IMG/VR virus record: IMGVR_UViG_3300042484_002457
Location: 1-64,000 of that record
DNA length: 64,000 bases
Reading direction: 5' to 3' (one strand)
Numbering within the stretch: position 1 is the first letter of the stretch; each line of letters opens with the position of its first letter. A program made the position numbers and the translations under genes. Shown piece after piece: positions 37,709 to 47,595 of this stretch. The notes under the pieces were generated by a model, which saw only the letters and a program-made list of their open reading frames with translations, was not told the origin of the DNA and ran no database searches.

Positions 37709-38473
37709 ATGAAAAATCTATGTAACTGTGGTTGTGGTATTCCTCTAAGAAAAGATAACAAAACTGGATATCAAAAAGGTCACAAGCCTTGCCCTGTATG
37801 CGGAACTCTTGTTAAAGGGTCAGGAATAGAATGCTGTTCAAAATCTTGTGCAGCAAAGTTGCATTGGCAGCGAAATCCAGATATGAAAGAGTCACGAATA
37901 TGGAATGCTGATCGGTATGCGACTCGAGAAAAAAATAGAGACACCTGGACTAAAAAGTTGTCTGACTCTTGCAAAGGCAGAATACCTTGGAATAAAAATA
38001 CACAAGGATTACAAACAGCCTGGAACAAAAACTTACCAGCCAATCAGCAACCGTTTTACGGCAAAACTCATAGTGCAGAATATTATCAAAAACGGGACAA
38101 AACTGTTTTTGAAAAATACGGCGTTGCCTGTGCCCTTGAATTAGCAAAAACATCTCCGAGAAGCAAAAAAGAAAAACTCTTAGAAAATGTGTTAGTTGGA
38201 TATCAATCAAATAAGCGAGTGGGTAGATACAAACCTGATTACGTAAATGAAACCACAAAACACATAGTTGAAGTTTATGGTGATTATTGGCATTGTAATC
38301 CAACTGTATTCAAAGAAGATTTTTATCATCCTCAGTTAAAGAAAACTGCCAAAGAAAAATGGCAATTGGATTTTGAAAGACAGACCAGCCTGGAATCAAT
38401 GGGATATAATGTTACTATTGTTTGGGAGAGTAAGTTGGAAGAATTTATAAAACAATATGATAACGTTCACTGA
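37709..38473 (+). mobile_element. Inserted Vsr/DUF559-like PD-(D/E)XK endonuclease with N-terminal Zn fingers (putative homing endonuclease)
   Basis: AT-rich; CNCGCG, CPVC, CCSKSC; PDY...IVEVYGDYWH...D..R...L...GYNV.IVWE; separates iscU from iscA. Confidence 0.75.
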
Positions 38474-38780
38474 CACAGCCCGAAAAAAAATCGCCAAACT
38501 AGTTGCAGTCAAGGGCTATGCAGGAATTCGGCTGGGCGTTAAAACTACAGGTTGCTCAGGACTTGCTTATGTGTTAGAATACGTAAACACCTACCAACCC
38601 CAATCGGGCTGTATCAACTATGCTCAACCTGAGTTTATTGTGTTGGTAGATCAAAAACACGATGTGTACTTGCAAAACACCGAAGTTGATTATGTTCGAC
38701 AAGGCCTTAACGAAGGCTTTGAATTTGTCAACCCCAACGAACGCGATCGCTGCGGATGTGGCGAAAGTTTTAGAGTTTGA
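38457..38780 (+). CDS. iscA: Fe-S cluster A-type carrier IscA/HesB
   Basis: GVKTTGCSGLAY, NPN...RCGCGESF. Confidence 0.93.
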   Translation: MITFTDTARKKIAKLVAVKGYAGIRLGVKTTGCSGLAYVLEYVNTYQPQSGCINYAQPEFIVLVDQKHDVYLQNTEVDYVRQGLNEGFEFVNPNERDRCGCGESFRV

Positions 38781-39205
38781 AACAAAAATACATTGATTTA
38801 TACATGGACTGGGCTCGCCGTGCTGCTGAACTCAGTCATGCTCGTCGCCTGCACGTGGGTGCTGTGATAGTCAAGGACGACACAGTGATCAGTTACGGCT
38901 ACAACGGCATGCCAGCTGATTGGGACAACAACTGTGAAGATGAAGTATATCAGCAAGATGGTACAATAGGGCTAAAAACCAAACCTGAGGTGTTGCATGC
39001 AGAAAGCAATGCTATTTCTAAATTGGCAAAGGGCCATAATAGTGGTGCTGGCGCTGACATCTTTATTACTCATGCGCCCTGCATTGAATGTGCAAAATTA
39101 ATCTATCAATCAGGAATTCGTCAAGTGTATTATAGTCAAGCATACCGAGATAACTCTGGCATTGAATTCTTAGAAAAATCCAACATTGAAGTAAACAAAA
39201 TATGA
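38777..39205 (+). CDS. dCMP deaminase
   Basis: VGAVIV, GYNG, HAESNAI, PCIECAK. Confidence 0.92.
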   Translation: MKQKYIDLYMDWARRAAELSHARRLHVGAVIVKDDTVISYGYNGMPADWDNNCEDEVYQQDGTIGLKTKPEVLHAESNAISKLAKGHNSGAGADIFITHAPCIECAKLIYQSGIRQVYYSQAYRDNSGIEFLEKSNIEVNKI

Positions 39206-39912
39206 TCGCTCAACGTTACAATTACACACCCTTGGATCGTACCACCATTGACGGCAAACGCCATTACTGTTTGCCTGATGGCAGCAAGGTTCCCAGCGTT
39301 ACAACTATCTTGGACAAAACCAAATCCCAAGAGTCACGGGAAGCTCTGGCCAATTGGAAAAAGCGTGTGGGCGAAGCCAAGGCACAAGAAATTACAACAG
39401 AAGCTGCTAATCGTGGCACACGTATGCATGCCTATTTAGAGCACTATGTTTTAAGTGAGGACATGAAACCCTTGCCAGGTAATCCTTATGCACACCCTTC
39501 GTGGTTTATGGCAGCAGAAGTCATACTCAAGGGTCTGAGCAATGTTGACGAATTTTGGGGTGTAGAAGTTCCATTGTATTATTCAGGCCTGTATGCAGGT
39601 ACCACAGACTGTGTGGGTGTATGGAAGGGCCGGCCTGCAATCCTAGACTTTAAACAGTCAAATCGTCCCAAAAAGCGTGAGTGGATTGAAGACTACTTTT
39701 TGCAGTTGGCAGCATATGCAGCAGCACACAACGAAATGCATGGTACAGAGATTGATACTGGTGTTATTTTAATGGCTGTGCAGCCCAAGTTACAAGCAGA
39801 CGACACATATTCTACCCCAGAATATCTAGAATTTGTTGTGGAAAAACAGGAGTTTGCACACTGGTCCAACGAGTGGATGAAACGAGTGGAGCTATACTAT
39901 TTGACACGCTAA
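39202..39912 (+). CDS. PD-(D/E)XK exonuclease
   Basis: PSVTTIL, RGT.MH, YAGTTD, ILDFK, QLAAY. Confidence 0.85.
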   Translation: MIAQRYNYTPLDRTTIDGKRHYCLPDGSKVPSVTTILDKTKSQESREALANWKKRVGEAKAQEITTEAANRGTRMHAYLEHYVLSEDMKPLPGNPYAHPSWFMAAEVILKGLSNVDEFWGVEVPLYYSGLYAGTTDCVGVWKGRPAILDFKQSNRPKKREWIEDYFLQLAAYAAAHNEMHGTEIDTGVILMAVQPKLQADDTYSTPEYLEFVVEKQEFAHWSNEWMKRVELYYLTR

Positions 39913-39939
39913 ATATGTGATATCGCAAGGACTATCACT

Positions 39940-41718
39940 GTGGCAATAGTACAAATTTCAAGAGTCACCCAACGCAAGGGTTTAGCATCAGATTTACCTC
40001 AACCCTTGGCCAGCGCCGAACTTGGCTGGGCCACTGACGAACGTAGACTGTTTATTGGTAACGGTACGCTGGAGGACGGCGCCCCAGTTATTGGTAACAC
40101 CGAAGTCCTTACTGAATTTTCAGACATTCTGGGCTTTGCTACATCCTACATTTATCGAGGCGAAGCAGCAGGATACACTGTACAAACTGGCCCCACACTG
40201 GGCAGTCCTGCGACGCAGAGTATTCAAACTAGACTTGACAGCTATGCAGTAATCACAGATTTTGGTCCCACAGGTGATGGCATTACTGATGTCACAGCAG
40301 ATATCAATCGTGCACTGTATCAAATTTATTGCAGAGAAGTAAACCCTGCTATTCGACGCAGTTTGTTTTTCCCCGCAGGTGTGTATGTGATCACAGACAC
40401 CTTGGACATTCCTCCCTATGCCAAGTTGTATGGCGAAGGCGCTGAAAGCACCATAATTTATTTCAACGTGCAAAACTGGACCAGTGCAATTTCCTATGCA
40501 TCGGGCGTGTTGGTTTACAACGTATCAACTGGTTTTTATTATCGTTCCAACTATGTTGTGCCAGTTGGCAAAAACATAGGCGACAACAATCCTGACGGCG
40601 ATCCTTACTGGACACAGGAAACACTGCCTGGTTATATTTTTAGAACAGCTGACAGTCTGCAACAGATTGATGCCAACATTGAAACCAACGGTGCTTTGCC
40701 ACCGGGCAATGTTGAAGTATCTGGCATGAAGTTTGTAACCAATCGCACAAACAGTGCAGCACTGATTCAAAACGCTTCTTCGTGCTTGTTTGATGCTGTG
40801 AATTTTGAAGGATCATTGAGCTCTGCAGAGCTAGTATCGTCTGCAGCAGGCAGCATGGCTGTTGATTGGGCCAGTACCAGTAGCTCGGTGTCCAGCAATG
40901 CCACATTCAACAACTGCAAATTCTCCAAGTTCACATATGCCACAAACACTGACCAACAGATCAAGGGTGTTACATTCAGCAACTCTGAATTCACAACCCT
41001 GTATCAAGGTGTGGTACTGGGTGGATCAACACCGGTCAACGGTGGTGCCACTGGTGTTAGAATTACACAAAACACATTTGATGATGTGTACAAAGAAGGT
41101 ATTGTGATTGAGAATGTTGGGTTGAATTGCTCGGCCTACAACACCTTTTATGATGTGGGCAATCACTTCCAAGGAGTCGGTACTCCTGAAACTGCTATTA
41201 TCAACATAGATGGCGACAACAACGTGTCTGTTGGAGACATGTTTGAGCGTACCACAGCAAACTCTGGCGACCTGCATCCAAGAATTGCACTAAACAATCG
41301 CAACAACATGGCCATGAGCATGAATGCTCGCAGCCTAACGTTCTATCAAGCTGGCTCGGCAGTTGACACATTCAGCAACACACTAGACCTTGGCACTTAT
41401 CAACGCACAGCCGGTATTGAAGATACCTTGGTCAACAACAGCACAAACGATCTTGTGGTGATATCACAAACTGGCTTGGCCCCAATTTACGCATTTAAAA
41501 TTGACTATACCATTATCCGCGGAACCGCATACCGTACTGGAACTATCAGTGCCAGCAGCGGCACTGGCTTTTCCTATACAGATGATTTTACTGAAAACTC
41601 TACCACTGGCGTAACACTGTCACTAGTGGATAATTCAGGTGATGTCACGGTGTCATACACAACAACTTCAACCGGTACCAACGGCAGCATTAAATACAGC
41701 ATTACAAATCTCAGTTAA
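39940..41718 (+). CDS. Tail/baseplate-associated protein with a pectate-lyase-like beta-helix
   Basis: MAIVQISR...R.G; DFG..GDG.TD.TA.INRA, LFFPAG.Y, LYGEG; TAAATA upstream. Confidence 0.65.
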   Translation: MAIVQISRVTQRKGLASDLPQPLASAELGWATDERRLFIGNGTLEDGAPVIGNTEVLTEFSDILGFATSYIYRGEAAGYTVQTGPTLGSPATQSIQTRLDSYAVITDFGPTGDGITDVTADINRALYQIYCREVNPAIRRSLFFPAGVYVITDTLDIPPYAKLYGEGAESTIIYFNVQNWTSAISYASGVLVYNVSTGFYYRSNYVVPVGKNIGDNNPDGDPYWTQETLPGYIFRTADSLQQIDANIETNGALPPGNVEVSGMKFVTNRTNSAALIQNASSCLFDAVNFEGSLSSAELVSSAAGSMAVDWASTSSSVSSNATFNNCKFSKFTYATNTDQQIKGVTFSNSEFTTLYQGVVLGGSTPVNGGATGVRITQNTFDDVYKEGIVIENVGLNCSAYNTFYDVGNHFQGVGTPETAIINIDGDNNVSVGDMFERTTANSGDLHPRIALNNRNNMAMSMNARSLTFYQAGSAVDTFSNTLDLGTYQRTAGIEDTLVNNSTNDLVVISQTGLAPIYAFKIDYTIIRGTAYRTGTISASSGTGFSYTDDFTENSTTGVTLSLVDNSGDVTVSYTTTSTGTNGSIKYSITNLS

Positions 41719-42143
41719 TGCTGCCCCGAACTTTTGCTGAAAGACTTGAGTCTTGGAAAGACCTAAGACTCAATGCTCAAAATCTTCCCTTACAACAATC
41801 GTTGGAATTGATTAACTCTTGGTGGTTTCAAACCCCATGGAGAGTTTACCATTTGCACTGGGATGATCGGCCCACATGGCCTGATCCTTGGCAACTCTTG
41901 GATGACAACATGTATTGTTCTCTTGCTCGAGGACTGGGAATAATGTATACTCTAGCTATTATAGAGCGTGATGATACGCAGGATGCCGCGTTGGTCGAAG
42001 TTGGCGGCGACAATTTAGTCCAGGTCTCAGGAAAGAAATATATACTGAATTGGGAAGCCAATGAGATTGTAAATATCAACCTAGAAGCAACAAAAATGTC
42101 ACGTTGTGTGACACTGGATCAGATACAACAAAAATTAAGGTAA
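41718..42143 (+). CDS. Hypothetical protein
   Basis: WPDPWQLL.DN.YC..ARGLG..YTL. Confidence 0.65.
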   Translation: MLPRTFAERLESWKDLRLNAQNLPLQQSLELINSWWFQTPWRVYHLHWDDRPTWPDPWQLLDDNMYCSLARGLGIMYTLAIIERDDTQDAALVEVGGDNLVQVSGKKYILNWEANEIVNINLEATKMSRCVTLDQIQQKLR

Positions 42144-42145
42144 CG

Positions 42146-44467
42146 ATGAAGCAAATTACTGTTTTAAAGCGGGATGGAACTCGCGAGCCCCTTGCCCTTG
42201 AAAAATGGCAGACACAAATTGCAAAAGTTTGTTCAGGAATAGCTGACGTGAGTCAGAGCATGGTAGAAATCAAAGCCCAATTACACTTTTACGATGGCAT
42301 CACTACCAAAGAAATTGATGGGATTACGCTGAGGGCCATAGTTGATCTAATTGATGTAGAATCAAACCCAGACGTGGGCCACACCAACTATCAATATGTA
42401 GCAGGTAAACAACGACTCAGCATGCTGCGCAAAGATGTGTATGGCAGTTATCAGCCACCTCGCTTGTATGATATTGTTAAAAAGAATGTGGCCACTGGCC
42501 TGTACACACCTGAGCTACTAGAGTGGTACACTCAAGAAGAGTGGGACAAGATGGAAGACATCATTGACCACGCCAAGGACGAACAATACGGCTATGCTGC
42601 TATTGAACAACTGATTGAAAAGTACCTGGTGCGCAATCGCAGCACAAAAGAAATTTACGAAACACCGCAGGTGCGTTACATGATTGCTGCTGCCACAGTG
42701 TTTCACAAAGAAGAGCCCAACAGTGCTCGGATGAAATACATCAAGGAATATTACAATGCTGCTAGTGATGGCCTATTCACTCTTGCTACTCCTGTGCTTG
42801 CTGGTCTTGGAACTCCTACTAAGCAATTCTCTAGCTGCGTTCTTATTCGCAGTGATGATGACCTGGACAGTATTTTTGCTAGTGGAGAAATGATGGCCAA
42901 GTATGCCAGCAAGCGAGCTGGCATTGGATTAGAAATTGGACGCTTACGTCCACTAGGCTCGCCCATTCGCGGCGGTGAAATCATGCACACTGGCATGATC
43001 CCGTTCTTGAAGAAATGGTTTGGTGATTTACGATCATGTTCACAAGGAGGTATTCGTAATGCAAGTGCTACTGTTTTTTATCCTATTTGGCATCATCAGT
43101 TTGATGATCTTATTGTGCTCAAGAACAACCAAGGAACAGAAGAAACCCGAGTCCGTCATATGGATTATGGGGTTGTGCTTAGTGCTTTCTTCTGGAGACG
43201 ATTCAAACACAAACAAGACATAACCTTCTTTGACCCCAACGAAGTACCTGATTTATACCAAGCCTTCTACTCTAATACAGAGTTGTTTGAAGAACTCTAC
43301 GTCAAGTATGAAAAGCGCAAAGACCTTCGTAAAAAGACCATGAGTGCTGAAGAAGTATTCAAGAGTGGTATCTTAAAGGAACGAACAGACACTGGTCGTA
43401 TCTATCTAGTGTTCATTGACAACGTGATGAAACAAGGACCATTTGATCCTGAATACCATACCATTTACCAGAGTAACCTTTGCTGTGAAATCCTATTACC
43501 TACTCGGTCTTTTAAACGTCTTGATGATGCTGATGGTCGCATTGCTTTATGCACACTGGGCAGTATCAACTGGGGAGCTTTCCGGAACCCAGAAGATATG
43601 CGTAGGGCTTGCCGTATACTTCACCGCAGTCTTAACAATATCCTTGATTACCAAGACTTCTTGAGCATCCAATCCAAGTTAAGCAATGACGAGATTCGTC
43701 CATTAGGCATAGGTATCACTAACCTTGCATACTGGCATGCCAAGCGTGGTCTTGAATACGGTGACAAAGATGCCTTGCACGAAGTCAAAACTTGGATGGA
43801 GCATCAGGCATTTTATCTCACTGAAATGAGTGTTGAACTGGCCAAAGAACGTGGAGCCTGTTTGGGCAGTGATCAAACACGTTACGGCAAAGGTGTGTTC
43901 CCGTGGGAACTGCGAGCCAAGGGTGTAAATGAACTTACTGACTTCAAACCAGAATTGAACTGGGATGGACTTCGTGCACAGATGCGAGCTTATGGTGTTC
44001 GTAATGCCACTAGCATGGCCATTGCTCCAGTTGAGTCTAGTAGTGTTGTAATCAACTCAACCAATGGTATTGAAATGCCCATGAGCCTGATCTCAGTAAA
44101 AGAATCCAAGGCCGGCAGTTTGACACAAGTGGTTCCTGAATATCACAAGTTGAAAAACAAGTACCAACTGATGTGGGCACAAAAAGACTGTGACGGTTAC
44201 CTAAAGACTGCGGCTGTGTTGGCAGCCTATGTTGATCAGTCAATCAGCACCAACACATTTTACAATCCAGCACACTTTCCAGATCGCAAAGTTCCTACAA
44301 CATTGATTGCCAAGAACTTGATGCAGGCGCATTACTGGGGACTCAAGACGTTCTACTACAGCTTGATCAACAAAGCAGGCAGCAAAATGGTCAAAGAAGA
44401 CGCATCTGTGCCCTTGCTTGAGATTGATTTTGATCTTGAAGAAGATTGCGAAGCTTGTAAGCTATGA
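42146..44467 (+). CDS. nrdA: Ribonucleotide reductase class Ia alpha subunit
   Basis: ATP cone, QFSSCVL, SNLCCEI, LCTL, TFYY, C-terminal CEACKL; uninterrupted. Confidence 0.97.
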   Translation: MKQITVLKRDGTREPLALEKWQTQIAKVCSGIADVSQSMVEIKAQLHFYDGITTKEIDGITLRAIVDLIDVESNPDVGHTNYQYVAGKQRLSMLRKDVYGSYQPPRLYDIVKKNVATGLYTPELLEWYTQEEWDKMEDIIDHAKDEQYGYAAIEQLIEKYLVRNRSTKEIYETPQVRYMIAAATVFHKEEPNSARMKYIKEYYNAASDGLFTLATPVLAGLGTPTKQFSSCVLIRSDDDLDSIFASGEMMAKYASKRAGIGLEIGRLRPLGSPIRGGEIMHTGMIPFLKKWFGDLRSCSQGGIRNASATVFYPIWHHQFDDLIVLKNNQGTEETRVRHMDYGVVLSAFFWRRFKHKQDITFFDPNEVPDLYQAFYSNTELFEELYVKYEKRKDLRKKTMSAEEVFKSGILKERTDTGRIYLVFIDNVMKQGPFDPEYHTIYQSNLCCEILLPTRSFKRLDDADGRIALCTLGSINWGAFRNPEDMRRACRILHRSLNNILDYQDFLSIQSKLSNDEIRPLGIGITNLAYWHAKRGLEYGDKDALHEVKTWMEHQAFYLTEMSVELAKERGACLGSDQTRYGKGVFPWELRAKGVNELTDFKPELNWDGLRAQMRAYGVRNATSMAIAPVESSSVVINSTNGIEMPMSLISVKESKAGSLTQVVPEYHKLKNKYQLMWAQKDCDGYLKTAAVLAAYVDQSISTNTFYNPAHFPDRKVPTTLIAKNLMQAHYWGLKTFYYSLINKAGSKMVKEDASVPLLEIDFDLEEDCEACKL

Positions 44468-44655
44468 ACAGCATTGAAAAAGTCTGGGCCCGGGCCACCG
44501 GGCACTTGATGGGCGAGAGTGATCATGACCGCCCAGATGTGCCAATCCTCACTTTGCGAGAAGCCCAAATAGCCTTGTTCTTTAAAACATTTTGGGTTAT
44601 AATACATGTTGTGACCTGTGGGTTCATCATAGCAAACACAATAAGACACTGGTAA
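44464..44655 (+). CDS. Small membrane protein
   Basis: 63 aa between nrdA and nrdB; C-terminal hydrophobic helix ending IANTIRHW. Confidence 0.6.
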   Translation: MNSIEKVWARATGHLMGESDHDRPDVPILTLREAQIALFFKTFWVIIHVVTCGFIIANTIRHW

Positions 44656-44659
44656 AATT

Positions 44660-45760
44660 ATGTCAAAACAACAATATGATTTAAAAACAAAAACAGACTA
44701 TCTCAATAGAAAGATGTTTCTAGACCCAGCAGGGCCAGTTACCATTCAACGATTTGAGGAGGTTAAATATCAGAAACTAGTCAAGTACGAACAAGAAGCA
44801 CGTGGCTTCTTCTGGGTACCAGAAGAGATCTCATTAACCAAAGACTCACAAGATTTCAAAGACGCTAGTGATACTGTCAAGCACATCTTTACATCAAACT
44901 TGTTACGCCAAACTGCCTTGGACAGTTTGCAAGGACGTGGTCCCAGCCAAATCTTTACACCTGTTGTTTCAATTCCTGAACTGGAAGCCTTGGTCTACAA
45001 CTGGACATTCTTTGAAACAAACATTCACTCACGCAGTTACAGTCACATTATACGTAACATCTACAACGTGCCCAAGGATGTGTTTAACACCATCCATGAC
45101 ACACAAGAAATTGTGGACATGGCCAGTTCAGTTGGCAACTACTACGAAGCATTGCACATGGTCAACTGTCGTAAGCAACTAGGCGAGTCTGTTACAGAGC
45201 ACGAACATATTCGAGCAATCTATATGGCTCTACATGCTAGCTATGCGCTAGAAGCATTCCGCTTCATGGTTAGCTTTGCCACAAGTCTTGCCATGGTAGA
45301 GAATCGCATCTTTATGGGCAATGGTAATATTATTGGGCTAATCTTACAAGACGAGATTCTGCACAAAGAATGGACAGCTTGGTTGATCAATCAAGTGGTC
45401 AAAGAAGATCCGCGCTTTGCCAAGGCCAAAGTAGAATGTGAAGCTGAAGTGTACCAGATGTACTTGGATGTGATCCGTGAAGAAAAAGCCTGGGCTGAAT
45501 ACTTGTTCAAGAAGGGTCCAGTTATTGGTCTTAATGCAAATATTCTTAAAGACTTTGTGGACTACACAGCAGTAGGTGCACTGAAAGAAATTGGCATCAA
45601 GTATCTTGAGCCTGCTCCGCGTAACACACCAATCCCGTGGTTTAACAAGCATGTGGACACAAGCAAGAAACAATCGGCCTTACAGGAAAACGAATCAACC
45701 AATTATGTAATTGGAGCGATGAGCGAGAATATTGATTACGACGAGTTACCAAATCTATGA
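44660..45760 (+). CDS. nrdB: Ribonucleotide reductase class Ia beta subunit
   Basis: FFWVPEE, LDSLQGR, ETNIHSRSY, LEAFRF..SF, DEILH, QE.E...Y. Confidence 0.96.
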   Translation: MSKQQYDLKTKTDYLNRKMFLDPAGPVTIQRFEEVKYQKLVKYEQEARGFFWVPEEISLTKDSQDFKDASDTVKHIFTSNLLRQTALDSLQGRGPSQIFTPVVSIPELEALVYNWTFFETNIHSRSYSHIIRNIYNVPKDVFNTIHDTQEIVDMASSVGNYYEALHMVNCRKQLGESVTEHEHIRAIYMALHASYALEAFRFMVSFATSLAMVENRIFMGNGNIIGLILQDEILHKEWTAWLINQVVKEDPRFAKAKVECEAEVYQMYLDVIREEKAWAEYLFKKGPVIGLNANILKDFVDYTAVGALKEIGIKYLEPAPRNTPIPWFNKHVDTSKKQSALQENESTNYVIGAMSENIDYDELPNL

Positions 45761-46053
45761 TATTGTCAAGACTGGAGTTTATAGATTACTTCAAAACTTT
45801 AGACTCCAGGATTGACGGCAACGATCCTGATTGTCCGCTGTGGATACCCGAGCATGATAGCAAACCATCTAGTTGGTTTGTGCGAGTAGTACCCATTAAG
45901 GCACATAGATTCAAGCGGAAATATTACGATTGGTGCAACAACACACTAGCAGATGTTGTTCGCTGTTATAGCAGTGATCCAGACCACCAACAAGAGTGGT
46001 GGGGATTTACCAATCAAAAGGATATTGTACCATGGTTGTTAAAGTGGTCTTAA
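45757..46053 (+). CDS. Hypothetical protein
   Basis: 98 aa, ATGA overlap with nrdB. Confidence 0.6.
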   Translation: MILSRLEFIDYFKTLDSRIDGNDPDCPLWIPEHDSKPSSWFVRVVPIKAHRFKRKYYDWCNNTLADVVRCYSSDPDHQQEWWGFTNQKDIVPWLLKWS

Positions 46054-46689
46054 AATCCATCCTTTAACAACTTTGCGTTTTGCCTTAACTAAGTTGTTCA
46101 CGCCGCCACTGTCGAGCTTATATGTAGTTCGAAAGTCATACTGAGTCATACTAACTTCCTCGTTGGTGATGGTATTAAAGAAACAATATATAGTATGATC
46201 ATACCGTACACTGCCTGAACCAGTATATAATTTGCGATATAGATCTTTGTTTTTCTGACTGTGCCCCGGATTAGCAGGCCCGGACATACGTAAGCTAGCA
46301 GACAGATTAGTACGACCAAGCAAAGATGTGCTAGTATTTGGGCGTTTTTGTCCTGTTTGTTTTTTTATGTTTATAGCAACACGATGGGCGATTTGTTCTT
46401 TAGTTTGTTTCATCCCGCAAGATCCGTCGCCGCCGTTTGTTTTATTTCGAAGAATACCTGTGCCAATATCTTTGCGACCATACCAGCGTATCATCCTGCG
46501 TTCAATAGCTAACGCACCAACATCGGTTAGATTACTTTCAAGTATTATAATTCTTGAACGATCAACTGGAGGATGAACTTCGCCTTTTCCTTTGATCCAG
46601 GCTCGACGATCTTTGCCTTTTCCTATATAATAAGGAGTTCCGTCTTCTCGCAAATATGCATAGACGTAAAAATTGTTAGTTAAATACAT
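46039..46689 (-). mobile_element. Free-standing GIY-YIG homing endonuclease
   Basis: [34 protein letters not shown](D/E)G; antisense to the operon. Confidence 0.85.
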
Positions 46690-46756
46690 TGCTGATGTTC
46701 CTCCAGAACGTTAGAGTAGTTGGGAACGCCAATTCCGCGAACTACACCTATATTTA
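46690..46756 (-). promoter_or_regulatory. Conserved two-hairpin endonuclease leader, copy B, with TAAATA promoter
   Basis: TAAATA-TAGGT-GTAGTT-CGC-GGAA-ttggcg-TTCC-C-AACTAC-TCTAAC-GTTC-tggag-GAAC-ATCAGC-A-ATG. Confidence 0.8.
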
Positions 46757-46773
46757 TGAAAGAAAATAAAAAT

Positions 46774-46998
46774 ATGACAAAAGCTATAGTCTGGAGCAAG
46801 GACGGTTGTAGCCACTGCGTTCAAGCCAAGAGTCTATTAGAGAGCCGCGGTATTGAATATGAAGAACGCAATGTAAGCCAGGACTGGACCCGAGAACAAC
46901 TATTAGAAGCTGTACCAACAGCCCGAACACTTCCGCAAATCTTCTTGAATGAAGAACATGTGGGCGGATTTACAGAACTCAGAAAGAAACTAGCATAA
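46774..46998 (+). CDS. Glutaredoxin
   Basis: CSHC, TLPQIF, VGGF.EL. Confidence 0.92.
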   Translation: MTKAIVWSKDGCSHCVQAKSLLESRGIEYEERNVSQDWTREQLLEAVPTARTLPQIFLNEEHVGGFTELRKKLA

Positions 46999-47303
46999 TG
47001 CAAATAGCACTCGAACTAAATCAAGTATACACATTCAAAATGAACTCAGGCGAAGAAATGGTAGCCAAAGTCAAACAATCTGGCGGTGATTGGATCACTC
47101 TAGAAGAACCGGTAAGTATTGCTCCGGGTCCTCAAGGCATGGGTCTTGTGCCCAGTTTGTTTACTGCAGATCCCAAAGAAGAAATCAGGTTAAATACTAA
47201 CAGCGTTGCTTTGGTATCCAAAACTGATGACTCAGTCAAAATGAAATATCTAGAAGCAACAACTGGTATCAAGGTACCAGAAAAGAAACTTATACTAGGA
47301 TAA
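46998..47303 (+). CDS. T4-like conserved hypothetical protein (possibly Sm-like fold)
   Basis: FKMNSGEEMVAK...Y...TTGI.VP. Confidence 0.6.
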   Translation: MQIALELNQVYTFKMNSGEEMVAKVKQSGGDWITLEEPVSIAPGPQGMGLVPSLFTADPKEEIRLNTNSVALVSKTDDSVKMKYLEATTGIKVPEKKLILG

Positions 47304-47304
47304 T

Positions 47305-47595
47305 ATGCCAGCAGTGCAGCGAAATGGTGATTCAAACGCAGGGGGTGGCGTGGCCCAAGGAGGCGTGACGTCAGTGCGAATCAACGGACTTCCGGTAATG
47401 ATACCTGGCCAGAGTGTAACACCGCATCCTCCTTACCCAAAAGATGGCCGCAATGAACACAACAATGGTAGCCAGGCCACCGCTGGTGGGAACGGTTCAG
47501 TTCGTGCTGGCGGCCAACCAATTGTTGTAACTGGCAATACAGACACTTGCGGCCATCCTCGAGCCGGTGGTAGTCCGGATGTAAGGATTGGCTAA
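47305..47595 (+). CDS. PAAR spike-tip protein
   Basis: MPAVQR.GD, V.ING.P, H...H, TCGH...GS.DV.IG. Confidence 0.88.
   Translation: MPAVQRNGDSNAGGGVAQGGVTSVRINGLPVMIPGQSVTPHPPYPKDGRNEHNNGSQATAGGNGSVRAGGQPIVVTGNTDTCGHPRAGGSPDVRIG

Noticed and set aside
39202-39912. Cas4 indicating a CRISPR-related system
   Set aside because: Generic phage PD-(D/E)XK exonuclease lacking the four-Cys Fe-S motif, with no array.
42146-45760. Introns or inteins in nrdA/nrdB (also checked uvsX, helicase, terminase)
   Set aside because: ORFs are continuous and of normal length; the nearby endonucleases are free-standing.
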